Source of the DNA: an uncultured Pseudomonadota bacterium
GTDB taxonomy: Bacteria > Pseudomonadota > Alphaproteobacteria > RF32 > CAG-239
Reading direction: 5' to 3'
DNA: 64,000 nucleotides
NCBI GenBank assembly: GCA_902761535.1
Contig: CACWKS010000002.1
Location: 270,611-334,610 of the forward strand
Below the pieces are notes generated by a model that had not been told where the DNA came from, made no database searches, and saw nothing but the letters and a program-made list of their open reading frames with translations. This document shows, piece after piece, positions 50,477 to 61,233 of the stretch. Position 1 is the stretch's first letter, and each line of letters opens with the position of its first letter. A program made the position numbers and the translations under genes.

Positions 50477-50744
50477 TGTTTTTTGCGAGAACTTTTTTGC
50501 GACTGTCCGCAAGTTCTACGTGGGTTTGATGTCACTGACGTATATCCGTCTTGTACAGCGACTTTCGAATCGTTTGGGGTAGGAGTACCATCACCTTCAT
50601 CAGGAACAATATGTTCCACGTATTCAGGTATTAAAAATGCCCCAATACAATATTTTACTTTTTTCATGATTTATATAATTATTTGTTAAACATAATAAAA
50701 CACTGCCAAATTAACCACATTCTTTCGACTTGTCAACTATTTTC

Positions 50745-51323
50745 TTAAACCACCTTTTCCCAATCAGCTTTCAACTTAGCCCAAATATTTGTATCCCTTA
50801 AGCTTTGATAATAATCACTCCAACGATCTTCCCGCATTACTCCTTCCAAAATATAACCGGATCTTTCAGCCACATGTGCCGAACGTAGATTTAAAGTATC
50901 ATTTTTTATCACAATTCGATTAATCCCGGCATTAAATGCTTCACATTCCAAAGCCTTTACTGCCTCCTGCATATAGCCATGTCCTACTGCACTTTGAGCC
51001 AACCAATAACCGATTTCCCCGCTCTTTCTCTCTTCAGAAACTGGAAATAAATCAATAGTTCCCAAAATCTGACCACTATCTTTTGCCGTAACCAAATAAG
51101 CAAAACCTTCTCCTGTCTCCCAATGAGCTTTACACCAATTAACCAAATAATTTGTATATTCATCTTCGGGACGATTGGTTTTATCCACCCAATCTAACCA
51201 TACCCGCAAAGTCTCTCTTGAAGCATCAATCGCCGCATATAGTTTTTCCGCCAGCTCAAAAGACGGAGTTTTCAAGCCTTTTAAGATTAACCTCTCGGTT
51301 TGAATTTCTTCTGGTAATTGCAT
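50745..51323 (-). CDS. GNAT family N-acetyltransferase (RimJ/RimL-like)
   Basis: TERLILKGL... N-terminal and GNAT motifs; strong SD AAGGAGGG. Confidence 0.7.
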   Translation of the reverse strand: MQLPEEIQTERLILKGLKTPSFELAEKLYAAIDASRETLRVWLDWVDKTNRPEDEYTNYLVNWCKAHWETGEGFAYLVTAKDSGQILGTIDLFPVSEERKSGEIGYWLAQSAVGHGYMQEAVKALECEAFNAGINRIVIKNDTLNLRSAHVAERSGYILEGVMREDRWSDYYQSLRDTNIWAKLKADWEKVV

Positions 51324-51373
51324 AACAACCCTCCTTTTTCATATTTTAGTTTCAAAACAAATACATCCCGTTT

Positions 51374-52291
51374 CTACCCTTGAGCAACAAAATCTTTAAG
51401 ATCTTCAATATCTTGAAGACTCAATTTTGATACCGTTAAATGTATCGGTGTCAATCTCGAAGGATAGGCCATATAATCTCGATACATATAGGTCAATACT
51501 CTATCAGGATTATTGGGAACCGGAATCTCCATATCCTCATATACCATTGTTTTCAAAGGGAAAATATCGTCATAGCCATAAAATATCGAAGCAGAAGTCA
51601 TTGATGCTGAATCTAATCCCAAATAAATATCCGGATGATCTGCAGGATTTCCAACTTTTCCTTCCATTACCATCTTCTTATCCAGTTGCCTTAATAATTC
51701 ATATTTTTTATCATTACTAAGCCTCTTACTTTGCGGTAAATAAACAGTGTTTTGTATTTTTTGTATTTTTTTAGTTAAAGCGCAACGCTCGTCAGCACTG
51801 TTAATCTTTGAATGATACAAATCATGAACAAATATATCTACACTGATAAAATTTATTTTTTGATGTCTGATTTTTATAATATTACAAGTAGAGCTATAAA
51901 AAAACTCTGCATAAAAATCCGATTTTGCTTCAGCATTAAATAAGCCAACGAACCTTTCATAATCATCTCTTAACATTGCGATATCAACATCATCATCCCA
52001 TGGAATAAATCCTTTGTGTCGAAATGCCCCTAATAAAGCACCAAAATCAGCCCAATATGTTATATTATGCTTTTTACAAACCCTATCCACTTCTTTTAAT
52101 ATTATCAAACCTGCCAGTTGAATATCTCTCAATATTCCCATCGCCGGAGGAACCGTCGTTATATCAAATTGATAGCGATAAATTTGCGATAAAAACAAAT
52201 TATTAAAATTTTTCTTATATTTAAATAATGTGACACCTAAAAATTTTATTTCTCTGCTATCATCGTTTTTTATTCTGCTAAAAATTTTCAT
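51374..52291 (-). CDS. LicD-family protein (phosphocholine/phosphoryl transferase for glycan decoration)
   Basis: YWADFGALLGAFRHKGFIPWDDDVDIAM block matches LicD signature. Confidence 0.6.
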   Translation of the reverse strand: MKIFSRIKNDDSREIKFLGVTLFKYKKNFNNLFLSQIYRYQFDITTVPPAMGILRDIQLAGLIILKEVDRVCKKHNITYWADFGALLGAFRHKGFIPWDDDVDIAMLRDDYERFVGLFNAEAKSDFYAEFFYSSTCNIIKIRHQKINFISVDIFVHDLYHSKINSADERCALTKKIQKIQNTVYLPQSKRLSNDKKYELLRQLDKKMVMEGKVGNPADHPDIYLGLDSASMTSASIFYGYDDIFPLKTMVYEDMEIPVPNNPDRVLTYMYRDYMAYPSRLTPIHLTVSKLSLQDIEDLKDFVAQG

Positions 52292-52419
52292 GGTTAGTCC
52301 CCTTTAATTTTTATAAACACTCGCCATTCTACAACTATTGCTTTACCCTAAATACTTTTCTTACCGCCTTTACCTGATTTTGCAATTTATTATATAACAA
52401 AGCCGGTTTTGTTTGCATT

Positions 52420-53451
52420 TTACTTTCTCCGCTTATTTTTTATCCTGAATTCAATCCCCAAAAACACCAAAATCTTTTGTGTTTTGTCTTTTGAATTTTT
52501 GATTGAAAATATTCTTGCAAACAGACTATCCTCTTTTCCCTTTAATTTAATAAGTTTTCTGAGTTGTTTTATCTGTTTAAACTTTGACAATTCTTTTTTT
52601 GAATATTTTTTCTGAAGATATACCTCATATTCTTGCAAAAAATCAATATTCTTCAGTTTGTTTTCTAAAGTCAGTCTTTCATATCTGTAAATAAGGTTAC
52701 AGAGTATTTTTATATCTATTGCCAGACGCTCCTCATTGGTAGATTTATTATAAAATTCTTGCTTAAGCAGATAATCTCTGATTAATAACTCTTTATCCAA
52801 ACCATGTTGTCCGGATAAAGTTGAACCTTGACGATATATCACATAATAGTACAAACCTTCGTCAATTGTCTGTATTTTCGGATATTGTAACATCAGCTCA
52901 ATATTAAATAAACCGTCTTCACTCAATTTTATATGTTCGACAAATCGCAGCTTATTATTTTCTATAACGGATCGTTTATACAATTTATTCCATACTAAAC
53001 TGCCTAATTTCAACAATAAATATGAATAATCATTCAGCTTATTCTCTTCGATATTTATCGGCTTATATTTTGCTGTAATTCCATCATAAACACAGTAATT
53101 GCCAAATATTATAATATCTACATCCGCTCCCTTGATGGACTTTAGCAATTTCTCATAAGCATTAACATCCAACCAATCATCGGCATCCAAAAATGATATC
53201 CAATCCCCCGTTGCCACATCTAAGCCTTTATTACGAGCAACCGACACACCTCTGTTCTCTCCGTGAATCACTTTTATTCGTTCATCTTTTGCTGCATACT
53301 CATCTAAAATTCTGCCGCTGTTATCCGAACTACCGTCATCAACGCATATTATCTCTAAATTTTTATATGTTTGATTAATCACGCTATCCAAGCATTTTGC
53401 TAAATATTGCTCGACATTATAAACCGGAACGATTACGCTGATTTTATTCAT
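52420..53451 (-). CDS. glycosyltransferase family 2
   Basis: ISVIVPVYNVEQYL...VDDGSSDNS...LDADDW. Confidence 0.8.
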   Translation of the reverse strand: MNKISVIVPVYNVEQYLAKCLDSVINQTYKNLEIICVDDGSSDNSGRILDEYAAKDERIKVIHGENRGVSVARNKGLDVATGDWISFLDADDWLDVNAYEKLLKSIKGADVDIIIFGNYCVYDGITAKYKPINIEENKLNDYSYLLLKLGSLVWNKLYKRSVIENNKLRFVEHIKLSEDGLFNIELMLQYPKIQTIDEGLYYYVIYRQGSTLSGQHGLDKELLIRDYLLKQEFYNKSTNEERLAIDIKILCNLIYRYERLTLENKLKNIDFLQEYEVYLQKKYSKKELSKFKQIKQLRKLIKLKGKEDSLFARIFSIKNSKDKTQKILVFLGIEFRIKNKRRK

Positions 53452-53476
53452 TTTTTGCGCTCAAAATAAAAAAAAT

Positions 53477-53563
53477 GGCGGAGCGTAGAGGACTCGAACC
53501 TCTGCATCGGTATTCCCGATGACGGATTAGCAATCCGCTGCATTACCACTCTGCCAACGCTCC
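53477..53563 (-). tRNA. tRNA-Ser (anticodon GCU), 87 nt with long variable arm
   Basis: minus-strand read GGAGCGTTGGCAGAGTGGTAATGCAGCGGATTGCTAATCCGTCATCGGGAATACCGATGCAGAGGTTCGAGTCCTCTACGCTCCGCCA. Confidence 0.8.
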
Positions 53564-53640
53564 ACTCGGTAACTTTGATATGTTTATATTATCTTTTTTT
53601 AATCGTCAACAGTTTTTTGACTGTTTATAAAAAATAATCA

Positions 53641-54609
53641 CTATAATTTTATTTTAATTTTTAACCCTAACAGTCTGACTTCATAAACCTTGCCGTTATA
53701 GCGAACGGAAAACAGCTTCTGCAACAATGACAGCTCTTTGGTATAATTTGTGTAACGACTGTATAGTTCATCTGTCATAATTGCTTTACAACGACGATTA
53801 TATTCATCTATACATTCATCGGGCAACTTTCGATAATGAATAGCCAATATTCTTAAAGCAGGCTCCCAAAAATTATCGGCATAATTTTCATAACAATTAT
53901 GCTGTAATAAAAACTGTTTTGTATCTGCAACAAAATTCGGAACCGTTAAATTCACGGCCGATTTTTTGTGAGTTATGGAACTTTTGCGATGCAAATAATG
54001 ATAATAAACCTTATCGATATAAATAATTTTTGCCGCTGTTGCTCTTGTTGACACGGTAAAAATCATATCTTCAGCACAATAACCTGCCGAAAAACTTATT
54101 TTATTTTTTCTGATAAACTCGGCATTAAACAATTTATTCCAAACAGCTATATCATTACCGAACAAAAATTGCGGATACTTTTTCACATCAACAATTAAAT
54201 CTTTATAAAGCTTATCCTTTATTTTAACTTTACCGTCCTTTTCCTCATGCACGGCAAAAGCAAATTCCGCCATATCGGCATTTTCTTTTTTAATTATCTG
54301 ATACAACTCTTCATAAGCCTCAATCTCAACCCAGTCATCCGGATCAACAAAAGCAATATATTCTCCCTTAGCTGCAGCAATACCGTTATTACGTGCAACT
54401 CCGGGACCGGCATTTGCCTGATTGATTATTTTAATTCTTTTATCTTTAGCAGCATATTGTTGCAAAATCTGTAAAGTATTATCCGTACTTCCGTCATTAA
54501 CACATATTATTTCTATATCTTCCAATGTCTGAGCTGTCAAACTATCCAAACATTTCGGTAAATATCTTTCAACATTATAAATCGGTAATATAATCGAAAC
54601 TTTTACCAT
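53641..54609 (-). CDS. glycosyltransferase family 2
   Basis: VSIILPIYNVERYL...VNDGSTDNT...VDPDDW. Confidence 0.8.
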   Translation of the reverse strand: MVKVSIILPIYNVERYLPKCLDSLTAQTLEDIEIICVNDGSTDNTLQILQQYAAKDKRIKIINQANAGPGVARNNGIAAAKGEYIAFVDPDDWVEIEAYEELYQIIKKENADMAEFAFAVHEEKDGKVKIKDKLYKDLIVDVKKYPQFLFGNDIAVWNKLFNAEFIRKNKISFSAGYCAEDMIFTVSTRATAAKIIYIDKVYYHYLHRKSSITHKKSAVNLTVPNFVADTKQFLLQHNCYENYADNFWEPALRILAIHYRKLPDECIDEYNRRCKAIMTDELYSRYTNYTKELSLLQKLFSVRYNGKVYEVRLLGLKIKIKL

Positions 54610-54624
54610 AACAATTTTCTCCTT

Positions 54625-55581
54625 TTAACCGATTTTCTGCTTAATGGTAAAACCAAATAAATCAATATAACGATGACGTCTGTCGGTAGAATATTCAATC
54701 CCGAATATTCTGCGCCACCATACTTTCTTTTCTCGGCCTTTGCCGGCCTTTTTAATCCCTATTTCGCTTTGCAACTGTTCATATCCTGAAACCAACTTGG
54801 AATAATCAAGATATTCACCCTTAAATTTATTACGGCAATCAGGATGATTGGGCTTAACTCCGGTAAAATGAACAATTGTCGGATCATCTGCAATACGTTC
54901 AAATTCAGCGGCATATGCTTTATCATATTCGGGATTATTGCTCCGCCACCATACCTGCATATAATCATAACTCGGTGACAGTCTTAATTTGCGCCCTTCG
55001 CTTGCTTTATTCAATGCATCTTGATCATTGGATATTTTTTGATCATCAGCAACAATTTTTTTCAAACAATCAAAAAATCCCACCTTTCTCCATGCCTCAA
55101 GATTGATATACATGACACCGGAATTGAAATAAAAATTATCTTTTAATCCGATATTTTGCGCCTTTTGTTTTGATTGCGATACATCTTCAATCACTCCGAC
55201 CAAATTATCTCCCAATTTAATATTAAATAAATCCTTTAGTGATTTTCTCACTATCGTATCACAATCAAGATACAAAATTTTATCCATATCCGGCAATAAA
55301 TCCGCTAACAAGCATCTGAACCATGCTTCCAAAGTTACCCAATTCGGACACGGAAAATCAACAAAAAGATTTTTATCTACTTTCAGGCAACGAAGTTTAT
55401 AATTTTTAATGTTCTGTAAATTATCAAAAACTTTAAGATATTTATCCTCTAATCCGGCGTGCATAATCACAAATTCTATTTCATCATCTGCGTCAGCGTT
55501 TTTCAATACCGATGCCATTGATACCAAAGTCAACGGAATAAAATTCGTATCCGGTGCATAAGCTATTGATATTTTAGTCAT
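54625..55581 (-). CDS. glycosyltransferase family 8 (LPS 1,2/1,3-glycosyltransferase-like)
   Basis: GT8 layout with DxD (LYLDCDTIV) and C-terminal HxxGxxKPW-like region (HFTGVKPNH). Confidence 0.7.
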   Translation of the reverse strand: MTKISIAYAPDTNFIPLTLVSMASVLKNADADDEIEFVIMHAGLEDKYLKVFDNLQNIKNYKLRCLKVDKNLFVDFPCPNWVTLEAWFRCLLADLLPDMDKILYLDCDTIVRKSLKDLFNIKLGDNLVGVIEDVSQSKQKAQNIGLKDNFYFNSGVMYINLEAWRKVGFFDCLKKIVADDQKISNDQDALNKASEGRKLRLSPSYDYMQVWWRSNNPEYDKAYAAEFERIADDPTIVHFTGVKPNHPDCRNKFKGEYLDYSKLVSGYEQLQSEIGIKKAGKGREKKVWWRRIFGIEYSTDRRHRYIDLFGFTIKQKIG

Positions 55582-55601
55582 AAAACCTCCGTCCCAAAAA
55601 A

Positions 55602-56381
55602 TTAATCCTTAAAAACCATCGTCAGATAAGTCATGATAATAAAACCTACAAATACCGCCGCTGCTGACTTATTATTATCTTTAGTGCCGTAAGTTTCCGG
55701 TAAAATCTCGTTAATCACCACAAACAACAAAGTTCCTCCGGCCAAAGCCATACCATAGGGAATAAATCCGTAACCGAAATTCATCAAACCTAATCCCAAT
55801 AATGCACCCAACGGCTGTACTAAACCGATTAAAAAGGCTGTAAATGCCGCTTTCCAACGTTTCGTTCCCGCAGCCATCAATGATATGGCTATTGTCAAAC
55901 CTTCGGGAATATTATGTGCGGCAATACCGATTACCAATGAAATCGGATTAATAATTGTTTCTGCACCATAGGCTACACCGACAGCCAATCCTTCCGGTAA
56001 TTTATGCAAAGTAATCGCTATTACAAACAACCATGCTTTTTTTATATCAAAATGCGGTCCGTGATGTCCCATTTCGTTATGCTCATGCGGAATTAACACA
56101 TTAAGTGTCCAAATTAAAACCACTCCGCCGAATACCGCCAAAGCATATTTAAAAGCTGAAACATAAATATCATTACCATGCCGAACAATTTCATTCATCG
56201 ATGGTACCAACAACGAAAAAAATGATGCCGCCAACATAACTCCGGCTGCAATATTAAGCAGTTGATTGATTTGTGATTTAAGGTAACGTTTTTTTAAGAA
56301 TATACCCAAACCACCTACACCAGTGATCATTCCGGCCAAACAAGCCGCTAAAAAACCATCAATAAAAGTATTATCCGTCAT
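55602..56381 (-). CDS. zupT: ZIP-family zinc transporter
   Basis: HKLPEGLAVG and HNIPEGLTIA ZIP signature helices. Confidence 0.8.
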   Translation of the reverse strand: MTDNTFIDGFLAACLAGMITGVGGLGIFLKKRYLKSQINQLLNIAAGVMLAASFFSLLVPSMNEIVRHGNDIYVSAFKYALAVFGGVVLIWTLNVLIPHEHNEMGHHGPHFDIKKAWLFVIAITLHKLPEGLAVGVAYGAETIINPISLVIGIAAHNIPEGLTIAISLMAAGTKRWKAAFTAFLIGLVQPLGALLGLGLMNFGYGFIPYGMALAGGTLLFVVINEILPETYGTKDNNKSAAAVFVGFIIMTYLTMVFKD

Positions 56382-56384
56382 TTT

Positions 56385-58160
56385 CTAATTTCTTTCAAAT
56401 AAATGGGCTATATCACTCAATTTCATCTCCACATAAGTCGGTCGCCCGTGATTACATTGACCGGAACGCGGTGTTTTTTCCATATCACGCAATAAACGAT
56501 TCATTTCATCAATATTTAATCTGCGACCGGCTCTGACCGAACCATGACAAGCAAAAGTAGCACAAACCAAATGCAATTTCTCGGTCAAATCAAAAGCCTC
56601 GCCCCATTCGGCAATTTGCTGAGCCAAATCCGTTACCAGATTTTTGATGTCTCCGTCTTTTAATAATGCCGGAACTTCACGCACCAAAACTTCCGTTGTG
56701 CCGAATTCTTCCAAAACCAAACCTAGCTTTGCCAGCTTTTCCGAAGCAGCTAACAATTTTTCTTTTTCAACTTCATTTAAGGTAACAATCTCCGGAATCA
56801 ACATAATTTGCCGAGCAATATTATGACTTTCAAATCCCGCCTTAAGTTTTTCCATTACAATCCGCTCATGTGCCGCATGTTGATCTACAATAATCAAACT
56901 ATCATCTGTTTGAGCTATGATATAGGTATCATTAATTTGTGCTCTCGCTAAACCCAAAGCGCCTATATTTTCATCATCTGAATTAAATGATGACGTTTCA
57001 TTTTTAAACGAAAATTCTTGTTCAAGTTTTGGTAATATTGTTTGTTTAGGACGATAATAAGATGCTCCGAATTGTGCCATCGGCTCGTTTAATACCAATG
57101 AATCGCCCATTCTTTCTGCCTTAATAATATTTTGCAAATTCAAAGTATTAGAGGTTTTATTTGAAGCTCTGCTTAAAGCATTTTTTATTGCCGTAACCAA
57201 CAATCCTCTGACTAATTGCGAATTATAAAAACGAACTTCCGTCTTATTAGGATGAACATTCACATCTACTTCACGAGGCGGAACTGTAAAATAAAGCGAG
57301 CAAACCGGATATCGCCCTGCTGTCATTACATCTTGATATGCCCCTTTAATCGCTCCCAACAATAACTTATCTCTCACCGGCCGATTATTAACAAACAAAA
57401 ATTGTGATAACGAATTAGCTTTATTATAAGTCGGTAAAGACACATACCCGCTTATATTAACCCCATCTCTGCTTTCATCAATTAAAATAGAATTATCCCT
57501 GAAATCTCTCCCCGCTATGTCAGCTAATCTTTCTAATCTTTGTTGTATTTCATCGCCGATTGCTGCTTGATAACTGATTTTTCTTTTACCGTCTGCCGTA
57601 AGCGAAAAACTTATTTTGGGATTAGCCAAAGCTATTCGCTGTAAAATTTCAATACACGCTGCCGCTTCACTGACTGCTGTTTTCAAAAATTTTAATCTTG
57701 CCGGTTGAGCATAAAAAATATCCCTGACCTCAATACTTGTACCATAACTTCCCGCTGCCGGCTCAACCTCTGATTTTACACCGCCGTTAACTTCAATTTT
57801 CCACGCATTATCTTCATTTTGGGTGCGGCTGATTATACTCAATCTTGCCACTGAAGCAATTGACGGCAATGCCTCGCCGCGAAATCCCAAATAGCAAATA
57901 TTAAATAAATCGTCATCCGGCAACTTTGACGTAGCATGCCGTTCTATAGCCGTTGACAACTCGTCTTTTGATATTCCCTTACCGTTATCCGTCACTTTAA
58001 TAAGAGATTTTCCGCCATCTGTTAAATAAACATCTATGATTGTCGATCCGGCGTCGACGGCATTTTCAACCAGTTCTTTCACCACCGAGGCCGGACGCTC
58101 AATCACCTCTCCGGCTGCAATCTGATTAACTAAATTAGACGGCAGAATTCTGATAGTCAT
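56385..58160 (-). CDS. mutL: DNA mismatch repair protein MutL
   Basis: GHKL ATPase N-terminal (VVKELVENAVDAG), C-terminal dimerisation domain. Confidence 0.9.
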   Translation of the reverse strand: MTIRILPSNLVNQIAAGEVIERPASVVKELVENAVDAGSTIIDVYLTDGGKSLIKVTDNGKGISKDELSTAIERHATSKLPDDDLFNICYLGFRGEALPSIASVARLSIISRTQNEDNAWKIEVNGGVKSEVEPAAGSYGTSIEVRDIFYAQPARLKFLKTAVSEAAACIEILQRIALANPKISFSLTADGKRKISYQAAIGDEIQQRLERLADIAGRDFRDNSILIDESRDGVNISGYVSLPTYNKANSLSQFLFVNNRPVRDKLLLGAIKGAYQDVMTAGRYPVCSLYFTVPPREVDVNVHPNKTEVRFYNSQLVRGLLVTAIKNALSRASNKTSNTLNLQNIIKAERMGDSLVLNEPMAQFGASYYRPKQTILPKLEQEFSFKNETSSFNSDDENIGALGLARAQINDTYIIAQTDDSLIIVDQHAAHERIVMEKLKAGFESHNIARQIMLIPEIVTLNEVEKEKLLAASEKLAKLGLVLEEFGTTEVLVREVPALLKDGDIKNLVTDLAQQIAEWGEAFDLTEKLHLVCATFACHGSVRAGRRLNIDEMNRLLRDMEKTPRSGQCNHGRPTYVEMKLSDIAHLFERN

Positions 58161-59815
58161 TATTTTCTCAATGACTTAATTAAAGATATTAAAGCGTTAG
58201 TTGAAGAATCGTGAGCCGCAGGATTGGCTTCACCTTGCAACTCCGGCATAATTTTCAAAGCCAATTGCTTACCTAGTTCAACTCCCATCTGATCAAACGA
58301 ATTGATATTCCATATAACCCCCTCTACAAAAGTCTTATGTTCATATAATGCTATCAATTCTCCAAGTGCATAAGCATCAATCTTTTTAAATACGATTGTA
58401 TTGGAAGGACGATTTCCCTTAAAAGTTTTGAACTTTTTCAAACTTGTAATCTTACTTGCACTCATTCCTTTTGCCTTAAGCTCTTCTGCTGCTTCGGCAG
58501 TAGTTTTGCCTTTCATCAAAGCTTCTGATTGAGCCAATATATTAGCCAACAAAATTTCATGATGATTACCTATTTCATTATGCGAAATAGCCGGAACAAT
58601 AAAATCACAAGGCACAAAAGACGTTCCCTGGTGTAAAAGTTGGAAAAATGAATGTTGAACATCGGTCCCTGCTCCACCGAATATCACCGGTGAAGTAGCA
58701 TAACTGATAAAATTATTATTAAGATCGACCGATTTACCGTTGCTTTCCATAACCAACTGTTGCAAATAGGCCGGTAACAAATTCAAATACTGATCATAGG
58801 GTACAATCACCTGATTGCGTATACCGAAGAAATCAACATACCAAATGCTTAACAATGCCAAAATTACCGGCATATTAGAAGCAAACTCGGTATTTTTAAA
58901 ATGCATATCCATGGCATAAGCCCCATCAAGCATTTTTTCAAAATTATCATAACCGACCGCTATGGCAATTATCAAACCGATTGCCGACCACATCGAATAA
59001 CGTCCGCCGACAAAATCCCAAAATTCAAACATATTCTCAACATTTATACCGAATTTTTCAACTTCAGCCGCATTGGTAGATACTGCTACAAAATGTTTTG
59101 CAACCGCCGGCTCACCCAAAGCATCAATCAACCACTTGCGACAAGTTTTGGCATTAGTCAATGTTTCAATAGTAGTAAAAGTCTTTGAACAAACAATAAA
59201 CAACGTTGTTTCCGGATCAAGTTTATCCAAAACTTCTGCACAAGCTGTACCATCAATATTAGATATAAAATAAAAATTCATATCTTTGCGATGATAGCGT
59301 TTCAATGCTTCAACCGCCATCTTCGGACCTAAATCAGATCCTCCGATACCTATATTTACTATATTGGTCAATTTTTTGCCGGTATGTCCGGTAAAAGTTC
59401 CCAAACGCACTCTCTCGGAAAAATCTTTAATTTTTGCTAAGACCCGATTAACCTCCGGCATAACATCTGTTCCGTCCACATATATCGGATGATTGTCTCT
59501 GTTACGCAAAGCAATATGCAAAACAGCTCTGTTTTCGGTTAAATTTATTTTATCCCCCTCAAACATCTGCATGATTTTTTCTTTCAAACCGGCTTTATCC
59601 GCCAATGCCAAAAGATACAACATTGCTTTGCTGTCAATAATATTTTTGGAATAATCTAAATACATATTATCTAAAGAAATTGCAAAACGCGAGGCTCGAT
59701 TTTTATCTTTGGCAAACATTTCTGCCATATTGACCTTTTGCATCTTACGAGCATATTTTGCCAATTTATGCCAAGCTCTGCTCTTATTTATATCTCCGCT
59801 TAATCCAAACATCAA
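58160..59815 (-). CDS. pgi: glucose-6-phosphate isomerase
   Basis: PGI signatures (GGRYSMWSAIGL, SIS domains), 551 aa. Confidence 0.9.
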   Translation of the reverse strand: MMFGLSGDINKSRAWHKLAKYARKMQKVNMAEMFAKDKNRASRFAISLDNMYLDYSKNIIDSKAMLYLLALADKAGLKEKIMQMFEGDKINLTENRAVLHIALRNRDNHPIYVDGTDVMPEVNRVLAKIKDFSERVRLGTFTGHTGKKLTNIVNIGIGGSDLGPKMAVEALKRYHRKDMNFYFISNIDGTACAEVLDKLDPETTLFIVCSKTFTTIETLTNAKTCRKWLIDALGEPAVAKHFVAVSTNAAEVEKFGINVENMFEFWDFVGGRYSMWSAIGLIIAIAVGYDNFEKMLDGAYAMDMHFKNTEFASNMPVILALLSIWYVDFFGIRNQVIVPYDQYLNLLPAYLQQLVMESNGKSVDLNNNFISYATSPVIFGGAGTDVQHSFFQLLHQGTSFVPCDFIVPAISHNEIGNHHEILLANILAQSEALMKGKTTAEAAEELKAKGMSASKITSLKKFKTFKGNRPSNTIVFKKIDAYALGELIALYEHKTFVEGVIWNINSFDQMGVELGKQLALKIMPELQGEANPAAHDSSTNALISLIKSLRK

Positions 59816-59823
59816 AATTCTCC

Positions 59824-61233
59824 TTATTTGTTAATATTACCTATTTTACCTTTTATAAAATTACTGTCAAAGTAATCCTTTGCTGCCTGATTTAATTGAC
59901 GCAAAGTAACATCTTTTACTAATTGATTGCGTTGATTTAAGAAATTCACTCCCAAATCATACTTTTGCATATAAGCTAACATTTCTGCTATTCCCGAGGT
60001 AGAAGCAAAACGCAAATTATGCGAAGAAATCAAATAATCTTTGGCATTTTGCAACTCATCTTCAGTAAATCCTTTCTCCCCTGCTTCTTGCCATATCTCT
60101 TCAAATAACTTTTCCGCACGTTCAGACTTATCTCCGGTTGCCGAAAATGAAGCCGTTAAGATATTTGCATTATCATTCAGATCCAACCACGAAGATACAC
60201 CATAAGTCAAATTTTCTTTCTCACGCATTCTCTGATTAAAACGTGAATTAAGTCCTGCACCGCCTAAAATATAATTAGCTATATACAAAGGATAAAAATC
60301 TTCACATTTGCGACAAGTTCCTTTTGCTGCATATACTACTATATTTTGCGGAATATTTCTTTCAATATTAACATCCGGACGATGCCAATTTATATATGGT
60401 ACACCTATCTCTCGGCTTTCTAAAATCGGTAATTTTCCAAATAGATTATCAAGCATTTCTTCGGCAGCTTCCTTTTGTATATTACCGACAATCCCTACAA
60501 ACAACCTGTTTTTAGCCAGATTATTTCGAACAAAATTTACCAAAACCCGCCGATTGATTTTCTTTATCGTTTCAATATCTCCTATCGGATTTCTTCCATA
60601 AGCAAAATCGCCGTATATCGCTTGATTAAATTCTAATAACAATTCGGTAGAAGGATTTTCTTTTTGTGTCTCAATTGCTCGAATTGCTCCGGCTTTGGCT
60701 GTTTCGACATATCTATCCTCAAAATGAGGGTTCAACAACATCTCACGTAAATATTTAACTGCATTTTCTTTTTGTTCATTAGGAAAAGTCACTTGACCGG
60801 AAAAATCATCTTTCGAAACGGAAAATCCGATTTTAATTCCCGAACTTCCCATCAAATTACGCAACTCTTTTGCTGACCACCAACCGGCACCTTCTTTAAG
60901 AGTTTGAGCAACAATATTCGCCACACCGGCCTGCTCCGGATTTTCATAGGCTTTTCCTGATTGGATAAAAGTAAAACTAACCGAGGTTAAACCGCTTTTT
61001 TGAAACATATAATAAGCTTTAATCCCGAACTTGGGTGATACAATCTCCTCAACTCTTCCCTTAAAAACACTCTCGGAAATAATTTCTTGCCGCTCTTCAA
61101 CAACCGGCTCCGGTTGAACTGCCGGTTTTGGCCGATTGCACCAAACTGCAATCAACAATAATGCCAGTAACGCCGACACCCAAAATACTTTACTGCCGCC
61201 TCGTCGTTTCAAATACATAGGTTTTTTACTCAT
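59824..61233 (-). CDS. M16-family peptidase (non-catalytic/partner subunit type), membrane-anchored
   Basis: N-terminal TM anchor, M16 fold without HxxEH. Confidence 0.75.
   Translation of the reverse strand: MSKKPMYLKRRGGSKVFWVSALLALLLIAVWCNRPKPAVQPEPVVEERQEIISESVFKGRVEEIVSPKFGIKAYYMFQKSGLTSVSFTFIQSGKAYENPEQAGVANIVAQTLKEGAGWWSAKELRNLMGSSGIKIGFSVSKDDFSGQVTFPNEQKENAVKYLREMLLNPHFEDRYVETAKAGAIRAIETQKENPSTELLLEFNQAIYGDFAYGRNPIGDIETIKKINRRVLVNFVRNNLAKNRLFVGIVGNIQKEAAEEMLDNLFGKLPILESREIGVPYINWHRPDVNIERNIPQNIVVYAAKGTCRKCEDFYPLYIANYILGGAGLNSRFNQRMREKENLTYGVSSWLDLNDNANILTASFSATGDKSERAEKLFEEIWQEAGEKGFTEDELQNAKDYLISSHNLRFASTSGIAEMLAYMQKYDLGVNFLNQRNQLVKDVTLRQLNQAAKDYFDSNFIKGKIGNINK

Noticed and set aside
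50470-50667. 65-aa minus-strand ORF downstream of the SGNH gene
   Set aside because: It has no SD, its 3' end runs through the terminator hairpin of the convergent gene, and its composition is low-complexity. It is possibly real but unsupported.
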